Source: a virus
DNA length: 64,000 bases
Reading direction: 5' to 3' (one strand)
IMG/VR virus record: IMGVR_UViG_3300025728_000001
Location: 21,817 to 85,816 of that record
The notes beneath the pieces were generated by a model. It ran no database searches and was not told where the DNA came from. It worked only from the letters and a program-made list of their open reading frames with translations. A program made the position numbers and the translations under genes. Every line of letters starts with the position of its first letter. The first letter of the stretch is position 1. Shown here piece by piece: positions 37,630 to 48,153 of this stretch.

Positions 37630-38531
37630 TCATGCGTAAGCGCACAGGGGTTATCAGCTACAACTTGAACGACCGTGGCCGAGACTTTAACGGCCAGGAT
37701 CGTGACGTCGACATTGCCGCGGCCATGCGCTTGATCAATGGCCCGGCGGTACAGGAGCTGGTGCGCCAGGGTGATGTGTACGGTTACTTCGGGCACACGT
37801 TCCGCGAGAAATACGGCCTGAATGTGCCTGAAACGGTGATCGAGGGCGGCAAAGTGGTGGTGCTTGAGCCCAGCGTGCGCACGGTGTTTATCAAGTGCCT
37901 GCCTGACGGCACCGTAGAGCACGAACAGGAGTTTTTGAACAATGCGCCCGGCCGTATTGCTGGCCGCCTGTACGACAGCAAGGCCTACGGTTTCAGTTCG
38001 GTGTTCCATGCGCCCGAAGAGAACGGCAAGCGCACGCCCAAGACCTATCACGGCATGGATTTCGTCAGGACACCGAACTACAACACCAACAAGGGCTATA
38101 CCGCGATGCTGGATAGCGTCGAGCCGGGCGCCATCGAGTCGCTGGGCTTTGCGGGCGAGTGCGCCGCCATGATGGACAGCGTAGACGCGATCATGGCTGA
38201 GAACGACGCTACCGCGGCCGGGATCAGCGAGGCCTACCTGCACCAGTGCAAGGTTAACGATGACCTGGTAGACCTCAATGCACGCCTGATGCTGCGCCTA
38301 CAGAAGGCCGGTACCGGCGCCATGCTCGACAGTCTCGATCCGACCACACTGCAACGCGGTTCGGAGTTCCTGCCCAGTCGTGCGGCGGCCATGCTCGACA
38401 GCGCGGATCGTTTCATGTCCGCTGTTCTGCCAGAACTGGAGCCTGCGCCCGAACAAGTGGAAGCCGACAAGAAATCCGGCGTCCTGGCCAAGAGCATCGA
38501 CATGGTGCGCAAAGTGATTGGGGGGGTGTAA
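37626..38531 (+). CDS. Prohead protease (P1 Pro-like)
   Basis: YGYFGH, GFSS, GMDFV..PNY catalytic-type motifs. Confidence 0.75.
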   Translation: MIMRKRTGVISYNLNDRGRDFNGQDRDVDIAAAMRLINGPAVQELVRQGDVYGYFGHTFREKYGLNVPETVIEGGKVVVLEPSVRTVFIKCLPDGTVEHEQEFLNNAPGRIAGRLYDSKAYGFSSVFHAPEENGKRTPKTYHGMDFVRTPNYNTNKGYTAMLDSVEPGAIESLGFAGECAAMMDSVDAIMAENDATAAGISEAYLHQCKVNDDLVDLNARLMLRLQKAGTGAMLDSLDPTTLQRGSEFLPSRAAAMLDSADRFMSAVLPELEPAPEQVEADKKSGVLAKSIDMVRKVIGGV

Positions 38532-41072
38532 GTGGCCAACCTTCCCTCTGGTCCGGACGGCTTCCTTACCGGGAAGGCCGCTGAATCGCTCAGCCGGATC
38601 GCCAGCGAAATCGAGGTGCTTAAGGCGATCCACTCGGACACGACCGCGACCCTCAAAACGCTGACCAAAATGGCGCGCTCGCTGTCCAGCCCTGCGCCAG
38701 CGGCGCCGCCCAATCAGCGCGCGCCCCAGCAGCGCGCCCCAGCTGCCGCGCCACGAGCGCCCGTAGCGCCGCGTGATCCCTCTTCCAGTCCGTCGGGCGC
38801 CCCATCGTCCACGTCGAGTCGTGGCCGGGATGAGAACGGCCGATGGCGCCCCAAGACGCCCGCCTCAGACGCTAGCCCATCGCGCAGCAGTGAGGGCGGG
38901 CGCGTCTCGGCGGCCATGCACAACGTCGGGGACTCCCTGAAAGGTGCCGGCCACTCCATAGCGTCCGGCGCCGAAGGCATGGACCCCACTGTCCAGGCCG
39001 TCAAGGAAATCAGCGGCATATTCTCCCCACTGTCGAGCATGCTTAAGCCCATGGGGCGACTGTTCGGTCGGGGCAAAACCCCTGAGCAGAAGAATCAGCG
39101 CGAAAATGTGACCTGGTACCGCCGCATCTGGAGCGCGGTCAAAAACCCGGCGGCCGGTGGCGGTGGCATGGGGCTGATCATGACGGCCTTGCTGTCGATG
39201 CTGGGCATGCTGCTGGCGCCTATCAAGGCGCTGGGGCGACTGCTCGGCATGGGTTCGCTGGGCAAGCTCTTGGGCGGGCTTGCAGGGGGCGGTCGCGCGG
39301 GCTCAAGAGGTGCGCGAGGCGCAAATAGTCGGCTTGATGCAGGCGCAGCCGGTGGGAAGAGAAAACCGGGCACGGCAGGCGGTACCGCTGGCGCTGCGAC
39401 AACCGGCACAAAAGCCGAAGCGGCGGCGGCCAAGGCAGCAGCGAAGGCCGGCGGCAAGGGCATACTGGGCAAGGCCGCTGGCTTTGGCAAAGGGCTGCTC
39501 AAGCGGATTCCATTCCTCGGCGCGGCGCTGGGCTTGGGCATGGCTGCCAGTTCGGCTATGGCATCCGACGATCCCAATCTGTCGGCTGATGAGAACAAGA
39601 AGGAGCGTTATGGCGGTGTAGGCAGCGGCATCGGTGGCGTGATCGGTGGTGCGGTGGGGATGTTGGGCGGGCCAGCGGGCGCCATTGCCGGCGCGATGAT
39701 TGGCGACCAACTGGGCACCATGGTGGGCGAATGGCTGGCCACCGTCGACCTGGGCTCACTCCCCGGCAAAATTGGCGATGCGTTCACCAGCCTCAAAGAC
39801 GGCACCCTTAAGGCGGCCACGGGGGCGTTTGACTCGATAAAAGAGGGCTGGAAGGGGCTGGTAGACACTGGCGCGAAACTCTTCACCAGCATGAGCGATT
39901 GGGCCAAGGACACTTGGAAGGCGGCCACGGAAGCCGTCTTGGGCCTCAAGGACACCGTAGCCGACAAGTTGCAGACCGCCACGGACTACGTGGGCGATAA
40001 AGCCACGTCGGTGAAGGATGCCGGCCAGAACCTGCTCAACAAGGCCACCGGTGGCAGCTACACGGGCGGCTCCAATGCGCGCAAGGATGAGCTGATTAAG
40101 GCAATGGACGCCGGCGGGATCACCGATCCGAAGTCGAAAGCCATGCTCATGTCCAACGTCGACGTCGAGACGGGCGGGTTCAAGAAGAATGAGGAAAACC
40201 TGAATTACAGCGCCAAGCGCCTACAGGAGGTATTCCCCAAGTACTACAGCACCCCCGAGGCGGCTCGCGCAGACGCCAACAACCCGGAAGCCATCGCCAA
40301 CAAGGTCTATGGCGGGCGCATGGGCAACACCGACGCGGGTGACGGGTACAAGTACCGTGGGCGTGGCGACATCCAGCTCACCGGCAAAGCGCAGTATGCG
40401 GACATGGGCAAGAAGCTGGGCGTCGACCTGGTGAACAACCCGGATCTGGCCATGGATCCCAAGTATTCGGCGCAGATTGCCGTGCAGCATTGGAAAGGCT
40501 CCGGCGCCGACAAGGCGGCCATGGCCGGCGACCAGGACCGCGCCCGCAAGCTCACCAACGGCGGCACCAACGGCCTGGAGGACGTGAAAAGCAAGTATGA
40601 CGGCTACCTGGATCAGGCCAAGGCCGGCGACTTGACGCCAACCCGCCGCGCCGATCAGGGCAAGGTGCAAGCCCCCGAGGGTGCTAACGCCGCGCTGGCC
40701 AGTACCATGTCAGCGGTAAGGGGTACCGCGGCCATAGGGGTGATGCCGATTGGCCCGCGTGGCGCAATGGCCCCGGCCATGCCTGGCGCTCAGACAGTGG
40801 GTGTTATGGCGCCGGCCGTGCCGACCACGGGCATGGCGTCCGTCAGGCCGATCAATGCCGGCATGATGGTCGCCCCCAGCTACTCGCCGCCGGCGCCGGA
40901 CGCGTCCCTGACCAAGATCCCGCCAACGCCAGCCGTTGAAAAGCCCCTCCTGACACCAGGCAAGGCCGCGGCCTCCCCCGCTATTCAGATGTCGGTACCG
41001 CTCAGCCAGAACTTGGAAGACAGGCAGATTGCCCACGTCGCCAGTGGTGGCATGGGAATGGGGAACAAGTAG
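38532..41072 (+). CDS. Tape measure protein with GH19 lysozyme domain (P1 Sit analogue)
   Basis: Gly/Ala-rich helical body; ETGG..EENLNYS...YRGRGDIQLTGK. Confidence 0.8.
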   Translation: MANLPSGPDGFLTGKAAESLSRIASEIEVLKAIHSDTTATLKTLTKMARSLSSPAPAAPPNQRAPQQRAPAAAPRAPVAPRDPSSSPSGAPSSTSSRGRDENGRWRPKTPASDASPSRSSEGGRVSAAMHNVGDSLKGAGHSIASGAEGMDPTVQAVKEISGIFSPLSSMLKPMGRLFGRGKTPEQKNQRENVTWYRRIWSAVKNPAAGGGGMGLIMTALLSMLGMLLAPIKALGRLLGMGSLGKLLGGLAGGGRAGSRGARGANSRLDAGAAGGKRKPGTAGGTAGAATTGTKAEAAAAKAAAKAGGKGILGKAAGFGKGLLKRIPFLGAALGLGMAASSAMASDDPNLSADENKKERYGGVGSGIGGVIGGAVGMLGGPAGAIAGAMIGDQLGTMVGEWLATVDLGSLPGKIGDAFTSLKDGTLKAATGAFDSIKEGWKGLVDTGAKLFTSMSDWAKDTWKAATEAVLGLKDTVADKLQTATDYVGDKATSVKDAGQNLLNKATGGSYTGGSNARKDELIKAMDAGGITDPKSKAMLMSNVDVETGGFKKNEENLNYSAKRLQEVFPKYYSTPEAARADANNPEAIANKVYGGRMGNTDAGDGYKYRGRGDIQLTGKAQYADMGKKLGVDLVNNPDLAMDPKYSAQIAVQHWKGSGADKAAMAGDQDRARKLTNGGTNGLEDVKSKYDGYLDQAKAGDLTPTRRADQGKVQAPEGANAALASTMSAVRGTAAIGVMPIGPRGAMAPAMPGAQTVGVMAPAVPTTGMASVRPINAGMMVAPSYSPPAPDASLTKIPPTPAVEKPLLTPGKAAASPAIQMSVPLSQNLEDRQIAHVASGGMGMGNK

Positions 41073-41155
41073 CCCGCCAGTTCACTGCAAACCGCCCCGC
41101 AATAGGGCGGTTTTTGTTTGTCATCATGTAATCAATAAACCGCTACCGGTGCCCT

Positions 41156-41476
41156 ATGGCAGACGACATGCTCAACACGGACCTGCTCTTTCGAATGATT
41201 GCCCATTGGGTGGGTACCCAGCCGAACAAGTACTACGGATCGACCTATGGCGCGCCGACCGAGGACTTGCTGCAAAAGCCCCTCAGTTCGCCCATTGCCG
41301 ACGCCTACCTGGCCAAGATGCGCGAAGACATTCCCGTTATCGCTGCGCTGCCACCGGGCACGATCAACATGTACACAGACAACGATGGGCTTGACCGAAA
41401 GACCATCTATATCGATATCAACGGCTCCTACGTGAGTCTGGCGGACCTGGGGGACGTGAAACGTGGCAGTTACTAA
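41156..41476 (+). CDS. Baseplate wedge protein (gp25-like / P1 PmgA-like)
   Basis: Size and position before the baseplate J-like gene. Confidence 0.55.
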   Translation: MADDMLNTDLLFRMIAHWVGTQPNKYYGSTYGAPTEDLLQKPLSSPIADAYLAKMREDIPVIAALPPGTINMYTDNDGLDRKTIYIDINGSYVSLADLGDVKRGSY

Positions 41477-42857
41477 AGACGACTTCATTCAAAGCGCGAT
41501 TAATGAAATCGCCAGCTACCCCACTATCGCCATGCGGTACCAGATTGGTGATCCGCTGATTACGCAGGGGCTCGCGTCGATGGCGGCCATGCTGGCGGAC
41601 GTGAGCAACCAGGTGGAGGTGACCGCCGGCGAGCCCTTCACCAAGGCCCGCGACGTGACGGTACGCAGTGATGCGGCCGTTAAAGGCATCTTGCCCTTCG
41701 CTACGCCCGCCATCGCCGCCATCAAGGTTACGAACGGCGCCCTGGTGCCGGTCCAAGTGCTGGCGGGGCGAGTGCTCCAGGATGCGGCTGGGCGCTATTG
41801 GTTGGTTACGTCGGGCGTGAACCTGGCCGCCGGCGCTATCGGTTACCTGACGGCCAAGCAAGTCAGCGCTCGCCGCTTCACGCACCAGGTGACCGCGTTC
41901 ATTCCGTTCTACTCGATTCCCCTCAGCCAGCCCGAGGTGGGGTTTATTGCCAACGTGCTGGTGGACACTTTCGAGTACTCCACCAACTTCGCCAACATCC
42001 TGGACGGCGAACGGGTTTACAACATCAAGTCCAACGAAGTCAGCGAGCTGAGCCTGCAATTCGGCATTGCCGGGCTGTCCGGTTATCAGCCGGCCGTGGG
42101 CGCGCAGATCAAAATCACCGTGCAGGACACAGAGGGCGCTGTGACGCTCTCCACCGGCATGAAGTTCTATTTTGAGTACACCGGTGGCGCGAGTGATGCG
42201 CTGTTGGCCATGGAACTGTCAGAGGTCAGCCAGGCCGGCGCCAACCCGATGGACATCACGACTATGCGCGAGGTGTGTTCCTACCCCGGCATTTACGACG
42301 ACAGCGCCGTGTTCGGCTCCAACTTCGATTTTGTGGTGCGCAAGGCGGTGTCCCCGGTGACGTTCCTCAGTATCTGGAACGAAGCCAAGGAGGAAGCGGT
42401 TCGCGGCGCCAGCGTGGACAACATCAACACGCTGTTTGTGGCGGCGCGCAAGGCCGGCACCACACAGCCGGTGCTGCAATCGCAAATCACGGCGGCGATT
42501 CAGCGCGCCGATAACAGCTACAAGATCAAGTACGTGCCCGTGATCGATGTCGTGGTGCCCATGGTGGTCACCCTCACCATTCCATCGGTCTATGACTCCG
42601 GCGCCGTCGAGCAGCAAGTAAGCACGATCCTGCTCGGCCAATACGGCGAGGACTCGGCCTGGGCCAAACGGGGCGAGGCGCAGATTCTGGAAAAAGACGT
42701 GTACGCGCTGATGGTCGACAACAACGTGACGGCACTCTCTGCGCGCCTGGGTAACCTGACGGTCGACAGTATTGGGGATGATGACGACGTATTGCCCGAA
42801 CACTACCGCTACATCACGCCCGAAAGCCTGGTGATCAACATCCGCGAGGCGGACTGA
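41463..42857 (+). CDS. Baseplate protein (J-like / P1 BplA-like)
   Basis: 464 aa; LQFG..G..P motif; synteny. Confidence 0.7.
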   Translation: MAVTKDDFIQSAINEIASYPTIAMRYQIGDPLITQGLASMAAMLADVSNQVEVTAGEPFTKARDVTVRSDAAVKGILPFATPAIAAIKVTNGALVPVQVLAGRVLQDAAGRYWLVTSGVNLAAGAIGYLTAKQVSARRFTHQVTAFIPFYSIPLSQPEVGFIANVLVDTFEYSTNFANILDGERVYNIKSNEVSELSLQFGIAGLSGYQPAVGAQIKITVQDTEGAVTLSTGMKFYFEYTGGASDALLAMELSEVSQAGANPMDITTMREVCSYPGIYDDSAVFGSNFDFVVRKAVSPVTFLSIWNEAKEEAVRGASVDNINTLFVAARKAGTTQPVLQSQITAAIQRADNSYKIKYVPVIDVVVPMVVTLTIPSVYDSGAVEQQVSTILLGQYGEDSAWAKRGEAQILEKDVYALMVDNNVTALSARLGNLTVDSIGDDDDVLPEHYRYITPESLVINIREAD

Positions 42858-42858
42858 T

Positions 42859-43575
42859 ATGGAGCTGCTACCACTTGTTCGCAGTGCTGAGTTCGACGAG
42901 GTGGAAAGCGAGTTCAAAGCGCTGTTCCTCAGCCTGTACAAGCAACACGTAGACGATCAAGTCAGCGAGGTGGCGCTGTACGGCATGCCGCATATTGGGC
43001 CTGACTCGTTGGTTGAACGCGGTTTGACCGGGGATGGCCTGGCCGTCCTGCGCACCACCACCATGGACCAGATCCGCCACCTGTTCCATGCCTGGCGCTA
43101 CCGCAACCCGCAGCGCGGCACGACGTTTCTGGCGGCCTATCTCAACACGCTGTTTGGCCCGGTGTTCACCATCGATCAGCTCTGGTGCAAGAAAGCCGGC
43201 ACCTACCCGGTAGACGTGATGACCGCGGCAGAAATGCAGCTCGCCGGCGAGCTTGAGGCGGATTACTTCCTGACCAGTCGCCTGCGCGTGGACATCGAAA
43301 CCGAGATTGTTCCGGAGCGCATCCTAAAGGCCGCCAAGACTGCATTGGCCGCCCGCTTCGTTCTGGAGCTGCGCGCGGCCAAGAAGGTCGCCGTTAATAC
43401 TTACCTGGGTTTTGTGGCCTACGGCTTCAACGTGGGGCGTATCACCGGTACCGCGATCTATCACCAGCCCGTCATTGAAAGTTCGGTCACGGTCGGCCCG
43501 GCGATCAAGTCCGGCGGTACCAGCGTTACGTTCAGCTCGATTAAGCGTTTAGACATGCAAACCTTCCAAAAATAG
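42859..43575 (+). CDS. Baseplate protein (P1 gp16 / gpI-like)
   Basis: WRYRNPQRGTTFL; synteny. Confidence 0.6.
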   Translation: MELLPLVRSAEFDEVESEFKALFLSLYKQHVDDQVSEVALYGMPHIGPDSLVERGLTGDGLAVLRTTTMDQIRHLFHAWRYRNPQRGTTFLAAYLNTLFGPVFTIDQLWCKKAGTYPVDVMTAAEMQLAGELEADYFLTSRLRVDIETEIVPERILKAAKTALAARFVLELRAAKKVAVNTYLGFVAYGFNVGRITGTAIYHQPVIESSVTVGPAIKSGGTSVTFSSIKRLDMQTFQK

Positions 43576-43623
43576 GGCGTTTTTTCGACCGTAAGCTTTG
43601 CCATAAATCACGCCGGGGGCTTT

Positions 43624-45900
43624 ATGGCAAATCCTGTAATTATCAATCCCACGCTGACGTTGGCGGGCCAAGCGGCCGCGATCAACGCCAGCAACACCGG
43701 GCTTGAACTGATCATCGACGGCGTATCGTTCGGCCGCGCGCATTACGAACCGGACGGGGAAGAGCTGGCGCTGGTCGATCCGGTGGGCAGTCGTGTTCCG
43801 TTCGCGGGTGGCAGTCGCCCAACGCTGTATCAATTGCGCCTCAGTGCTGCGTGGAAGGAAGACGTCGGTGTCGTGCCCATTGCCGAGATTGGTTTTTGGG
43901 CGGGCGATGTTCTGGTGTTCGTCTGGTCTGATCCCGATCCTACTGTCGTTGCAACCTACAAGACCGATGGCGTTCCCTACGTGCTGTTCTGTGATCTGGC
44001 GTTTGCTCAGGTTCCCGCTGGCAGCATCACCATTGTCACCGATCCAGACGAAAGCGCCGCGCTGGCGGCTCTGACTGAGCATGAGGGCGCAAGCAACGCT
44101 CACCCTCAGTATCTGCTGCGCGAAGACGTGGCGAAGGATGCCGGCCCTCTCATGGGGCTTGTGCATTCCGTTGGCAGTACAGCCAATGCGTTGCTGCTGG
44201 CCCTGGATGCACCTGAGTCCGTGTTGCCCGCCTACGCGAAGTTTCAGCGCTTCCAGTTCCTGGCCGCACTAACCAACACCACCGCCGTAACAGTCAATGT
44301 CGAAGGCCTCGGCCCGATTGCCGTGAAGCGCGGAGGCGATACCGGCCTGGTACCGCTTGATCCGGGCGACATCAAAGCCGGCTCGCTGTACGACCTCAAC
44401 TATGACGGTACGTTCTTCCAGCTGGGCGGCGGCGTGGGCGGCGGCAAGGCCTTTGAGCGCTTTTCGTTCGTAGCAGGCGTTGCTCAGAACGAATTCATCT
44501 TTCCGCACGTCCCTGGCAACGTCATTGCTCTGCGCAACGGTCGCGAAATCGACGGTGTCACGTCGGCCGTAGACGGTTCGAAGGTGACCACGGCCATTGC
44601 CATGAACCTTGACGACCGCATGGACTTCCTGGCGTTCAAGTCGTTCAGGGTGGCGGACAGCTACACCAAGACGGAACTTAACGCGCTGCTGCTCACCGCG
44701 GGCGCCTTGCCCGTCGGTTCCATGCTGCCGGTACCGAAGGGCGTTGTTCCGCCGGGCTATCTTGAGCTGGATGGCAGTGTGCAGAGCATTGCGGTCTATC
44801 CGGACCTGGCCGCCTACCTGGGGACTACGTTCAACACGGGCGGCGAAGGCGCGGGCAATTTCCGCCTACCTGAGTCGCGCGGCGAGTTCCTGCGGGGCTG
44901 GGACCATGGCCGTGGCGTCGACGCTGGCCGAGCGATAGGTAGTTGGCAGAAAGGCACAATGACCGGTGCCGACACGACAGGTTCCGGCGATGGCCTCGTG
45001 GTCGTTGGCCTTGGCGGCACAGCGGCAGCGCCTATCTCAAGTTACGGTATGGACCCGGTAACGCTGACCGACTATCCGCCCAATCTGGTTGTTAGCGGCA
45101 CCGGAACGTCTGCCATCGCCGCGACAACGGCAGTAATTGGCTCTACCCGTCCGCGCAACTTGGCGGTTATGTGGTGCATCAAGGCTTGGAACGCACCGAT
45201 CAATCAGGGAAACATTGATATTGCTGCCCTGGCGCAGAAGGTCGCGGACAACGAGTTCGGCCGACTTCTAGGTATTCAAAAGTTCACCGCCAACGGCCTT
45301 TATGTCCCAACGCTTGGAATGAAAAAGGTGCGATTGCGCCAATGTGGTGGTGGTGCCGGCTCCAGTGGTGTCGCTGCAACTAGTGCTACGCAAACCTCCG
45401 CATCTGGCGGTGGCGCGGCGGGGGGCTACTCCGAATCCCTGCTAACGGCGGCGGACATTGGCGCAAGCCAAGTTGTGACAATTGGTGCTGCTGGCCTCGC
45501 TGGTGCCGCAGCAGCAGTTGGTGGTCCGGGCGGTACAACTTCATTAGGAGCGCTGGTTATCACTCCCGGAGGCTTCCCGTCTAGCGTCGGAACCGTCGTA
45601 GCCAGCACGGCCTTCAATCTTTTCGCCGGGGGCGCACCTGGGGCTCTACCTACTGGCGGCAATCTCTTGAATAGTGTTGGTGAGCCAGGCGCGCCCGCGA
45701 TACTAGTCAGCGCGTCAACGCTAGCCGGGCACGGAGGAAGCGGCCCGCTTGGTGCAGGTGGTTTTGGTACATCAGGCACCCCTAACCCTGGATCTGGCTA
45801 CGGATCGGGCGGCGGCGGCGTAGCAAATGGTATTTCTTCGGCCGCAAAGCCTGGTGCACCAGGTGGCCCTGGTGTGATGTTTCTTGAGGAGTACGCATAA
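43624..45900 (+). CDS. Tail fibre protein with collar and Gly-rich C-terminal domain
   Basis: AHPQYL; collar PPGYLELDG...FRLPESRGEFLRGWDHGRGVD...TRPRNLA. Confidence 0.88.
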   Translation: MANPVIINPTLTLAGQAAAINASNTGLELIIDGVSFGRAHYEPDGEELALVDPVGSRVPFAGGSRPTLYQLRLSAAWKEDVGVVPIAEIGFWAGDVLVFVWSDPDPTVVATYKTDGVPYVLFCDLAFAQVPAGSITIVTDPDESAALAALTEHEGASNAHPQYLLREDVAKDAGPLMGLVHSVGSTANALLLALDAPESVLPAYAKFQRFQFLAALTNTTAVTVNVEGLGPIAVKRGGDTGLVPLDPGDIKAGSLYDLNYDGTFFQLGGGVGGGKAFERFSFVAGVAQNEFIFPHVPGNVIALRNGREIDGVTSAVDGSKVTTAIAMNLDDRMDFLAFKSFRVADSYTKTELNALLLTAGALPVGSMLPVPKGVVPPGYLELDGSVQSIAVYPDLAAYLGTTFNTGGEGAGNFRLPESRGEFLRGWDHGRGVDAGRAIGSWQKGTMTGADTTGSGDGLVVVGLGGTAAAPISSYGMDPVTLTDYPPNLVVSGTGTSAIAATTAVIGSTRPRNLAVMWCIKAWNAPINQGNIDIAALAQKVADNEFGRLLGIQKFTANGLYVPTLGMKKVRLRQCGGGAGSSGVAATSATQTSASGGGAAGGYSESLLTAADIGASQVVTIGAAGLAGAAAAVGGPGGTTSLGALVITPGGFPSSVGTVVASTAFNLFAGGAPGALPTGGNLLNSVGEPGAPAILVSASTLAGHGGSGPLGAGGFGTSGTPNPGSGYGSGGGGVANGISSAAKPGAPGGPGVMFLEEYA

Positions 45901-46811
45901 TGAGCCGTGCAGATGATTTAGCCGATATGGAGAGCAGCATGCTCGCCATGCGCGGGATGAACAACGCCACTATCACCGCCGCCAAGGTGCTCACCAACGA
46001 TGAGACGGGCTTTCTGCTGGTGGACGCTACCGCCGCCGGCTTTACCCTGACCTTGCCGTCAGCGACCCGCCCGATGGATATCCGGGTGCAGCGCGTCGAC
46101 AACGGTGGCAACCGCCTGGTGGTACAGGCGTCCGGGGCCGAAAAGATCCTGTTCCATACCCACTTGAGCGCGACCGGCTATCCGTTCTTCGTCCTGATGG
46201 GGGCTGGTGACTTCTGGCACTTGCGCAGTGACAGCAATGGCAAGTGGCAGGTGCTTGATCGTATGGACACCACCCCATTGGGGCGCCCGGTGTTCGAAAC
46301 CACCACCGCGTTCTCTCCGGGTGGCTGGGCGGGCATCAACGGGTTTATCTACAACCGTGCCGAATGGCCATGGGTATGGGACCACGCGCAGGCGTCGGGG
46401 ATGCTCACCACCGAAGCGCTACGGGCCGGCAAGGAGGGTATGTGGACCTCGGGCGACGGTGCGCTGACCTTTCGCAGCCCTGAAACACGCGGCGAATTCA
46501 TGCGGGTGCTCGATGAGTCGCGGGGGATTGATGCGTCGCGCACGGCCGGCTCTTGGCAAAAGGGCGCTGTTCATAGCTTCGACATCGGTCCAGGGACCGG
46601 GCTGGTCGGCGATAGGTCGGGCACCACGACTGGCGCCTTGGCTCGCGCCGACCTCGGCTATGACGCTGGCTCAGCCGCTGACTATCCGACTGGACAATCT
46701 ATGTCGTCGGCCACCGGCAGCATCCTCGGGATAACAGAAACCACAGAAATTGCATGGGGTGTCACGCGCCCTCGAAACATCGCCTATCCCGGCCGACTGA
46801 AACTGATCTGA
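45900..46811 (+). CDS. Second tail-fibre/collar protein
   Basis: RGEFMRVLDESRGID...TRPRNIAY. Confidence 0.8.
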   Translation: MSRADDLADMESSMLAMRGMNNATITAAKVLTNDETGFLLVDATAAGFTLTLPSATRPMDIRVQRVDNGGNRLVVQASGAEKILFHTHLSATGYPFFVLMGAGDFWHLRSDSNGKWQVLDRMDTTPLGRPVFETTTAFSPGGWAGINGFIYNRAEWPWVWDHAQASGMLTTEALRAGKEGMWTSGDGALTFRSPETRGEFMRVLDESRGIDASRTAGSWQKGAVHSFDIGPGTGLVGDRSGTTTGALARADLGYDAGSAADYPTGQSMSSATGSILGITETTEIAWGVTRPRNIAYPGRLKLI

Positions 46812-46818
46812 GGTGTTT

Positions 46819-47625
46819 ATGACTGCAATTTATTTGATCGACCCGGCCGGCGCTCTTGTTGGCCCTATCACCCTGCCAGTGGTGCCCGGTATCGGCTGCC
46901 AGATGCCAGATGACGCCATCGACTTGGGTAGCGAGCTTGTCGCGCCAGCAGAGGGCTTTGTGTGGGCGCTGCTGGAAGGCGAGCCGGTGTTGCTGGCTGA
47001 CCATCGCGGGACGGTCTACAGCACCGCCACCGGTGAGGCGCAGCAGCTCGACGCACTGGGCGAGCTGCCGGAAGGCCTGGCGCTCGATCCGCGCCCTTCG
47101 TTGGCCCATGCGTGGACTGACGGCAGTTGGCAGGTTGACGCCACCCTGGTGGCCAAGTTGCACAGCGAAGCGCAGGCCAGCGCCTGGGAGCTGATCAAGG
47201 CTGAGCGGGACCGCCGGAAAAAGGCCGGATTCAACGCCGCCGGTAAGTGGGTGCATTCGGACACGTTCAGCCGCAGCCAGTGGCTTGGGCTCAAGGATAA
47301 CGCCCGTGACTCCTTGGCCAACGGCGGGACCATGGCTGACGGCCTGCGCGACGACGAAGACAAGCCAATTATCTGGAAAATGCTGGACGGCTCATTTGTG
47401 CCCGTGACCGCACAGCTCGCGTTCGACGTAGTGGCAGCGGTGACACGCTCTGACATGGCGGTCTTTACCGCGGCCGAGACGCACAACGCGTATATGCGCG
47501 GCGCCGCCGATCCAAGCGCCTACGACTACACCACCGACTGGCCTCAAACCTATGCAGAGTGGGCGGCAATCCAGGCTCAAGATCCTGAGACAATTCCCCC
47601 TGAGGATCCGGCGCCAGAAAGCTGA
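46819..47625 (+). CDS. Tail fibre assembly chaperone (DUF4376-like C-terminus)
   Basis: ADHRGTVYST...LGELPEG; IKAERDRR...WKMLDGSFV. Confidence 0.75.
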   Translation: MTAIYLIDPAGALVGPITLPVVPGIGCQMPDDAIDLGSELVAPAEGFVWALLEGEPVLLADHRGTVYSTATGEAQQLDALGELPEGLALDPRPSLAHAWTDGSWQVDATLVAKLHSEAQASAWELIKAERDRRKKAGFNAAGKWVHSDTFSRSQWLGLKDNARDSLANGGTMADGLRDDEDKPIIWKMLDGSFVPVTAQLAFDVVAAVTRSDMAVFTAAETHNAYMRGAADPSAYDYTTDWPQTYAEWAAIQAQDPETIPPEDPAPES

Positions 47626-47670
47626 CCCGGAACAAGACCCTGAGCCCGCACCAGAATAGGAAGGTCAACT

Positions 47671-48153
47671 ATGATGCAATCGGTACAGCTGCTGTTCACC
47701 CGCCGCCGCATGATCGGCAGCCTACTGATCCGGGGCATTACCTGGTCGTCGTTCAGTCACGTCGAGATCGTGGTGGGCGACCAGGTGATAGGCGCCAATA
47801 TGGTGGGAGGCGTGAGCCTGACGCCGCTCAAGGAACGCCTGGCGAATTCCAGCTATGCCGCCCTGGTCAATATCCCTTGCCATGACGCCCAGGCGATCAA
47901 GCAGACGGCGTTGAGCATGATCGGTGCCGGCTATGACTACTTGGCGCTGTTCGGGATCCTGGTGCACTCCGAGCGCTTCGACAGCAAAACGCGTTTCTTC
48001 TGTTCCGAGTTTGTGGCGTGGGCGTTTGAAAAGGCCGGTGCGCCGTTGATTCGTCCGGAGATTACCGGCCGCGTCACGCCCCAGCACCTGTGGATGCTCC
48101 CCGCTCCCACGGTGACGGCTGGCGACCCGCTTTCGCTCTTAAATTTGGCCTAA
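47671..48153 (+). CDS. Permuted papain-like NlpC/P60 (YiiX/YebB-like) enzyme
   Basis: FSHVEI...YDY...FFCSEFVAWA. Confidence 0.8.
   Translation: MMQSVQLLFTRRRMIGSLLIRGITWSSFSHVEIVVGDQVIGANMVGGVSLTPLKERLANSSYAALVNIPCHDAQAIKQTALSMIGAGYDYLALFGILVHSERFDSKTRFFCSEFVAWAFEKAGAPLIRPEITGRVTPQHLWMLPAPTVTAGDPLSLLNLA

Noticed and set aside
44870-46790. DGR template/variable repeat or invertible tail-fibre segment
   Set aside because: Similarity is at protein level without adenine-specific mismatches, and no reverse transcriptase or invertase is in the window.
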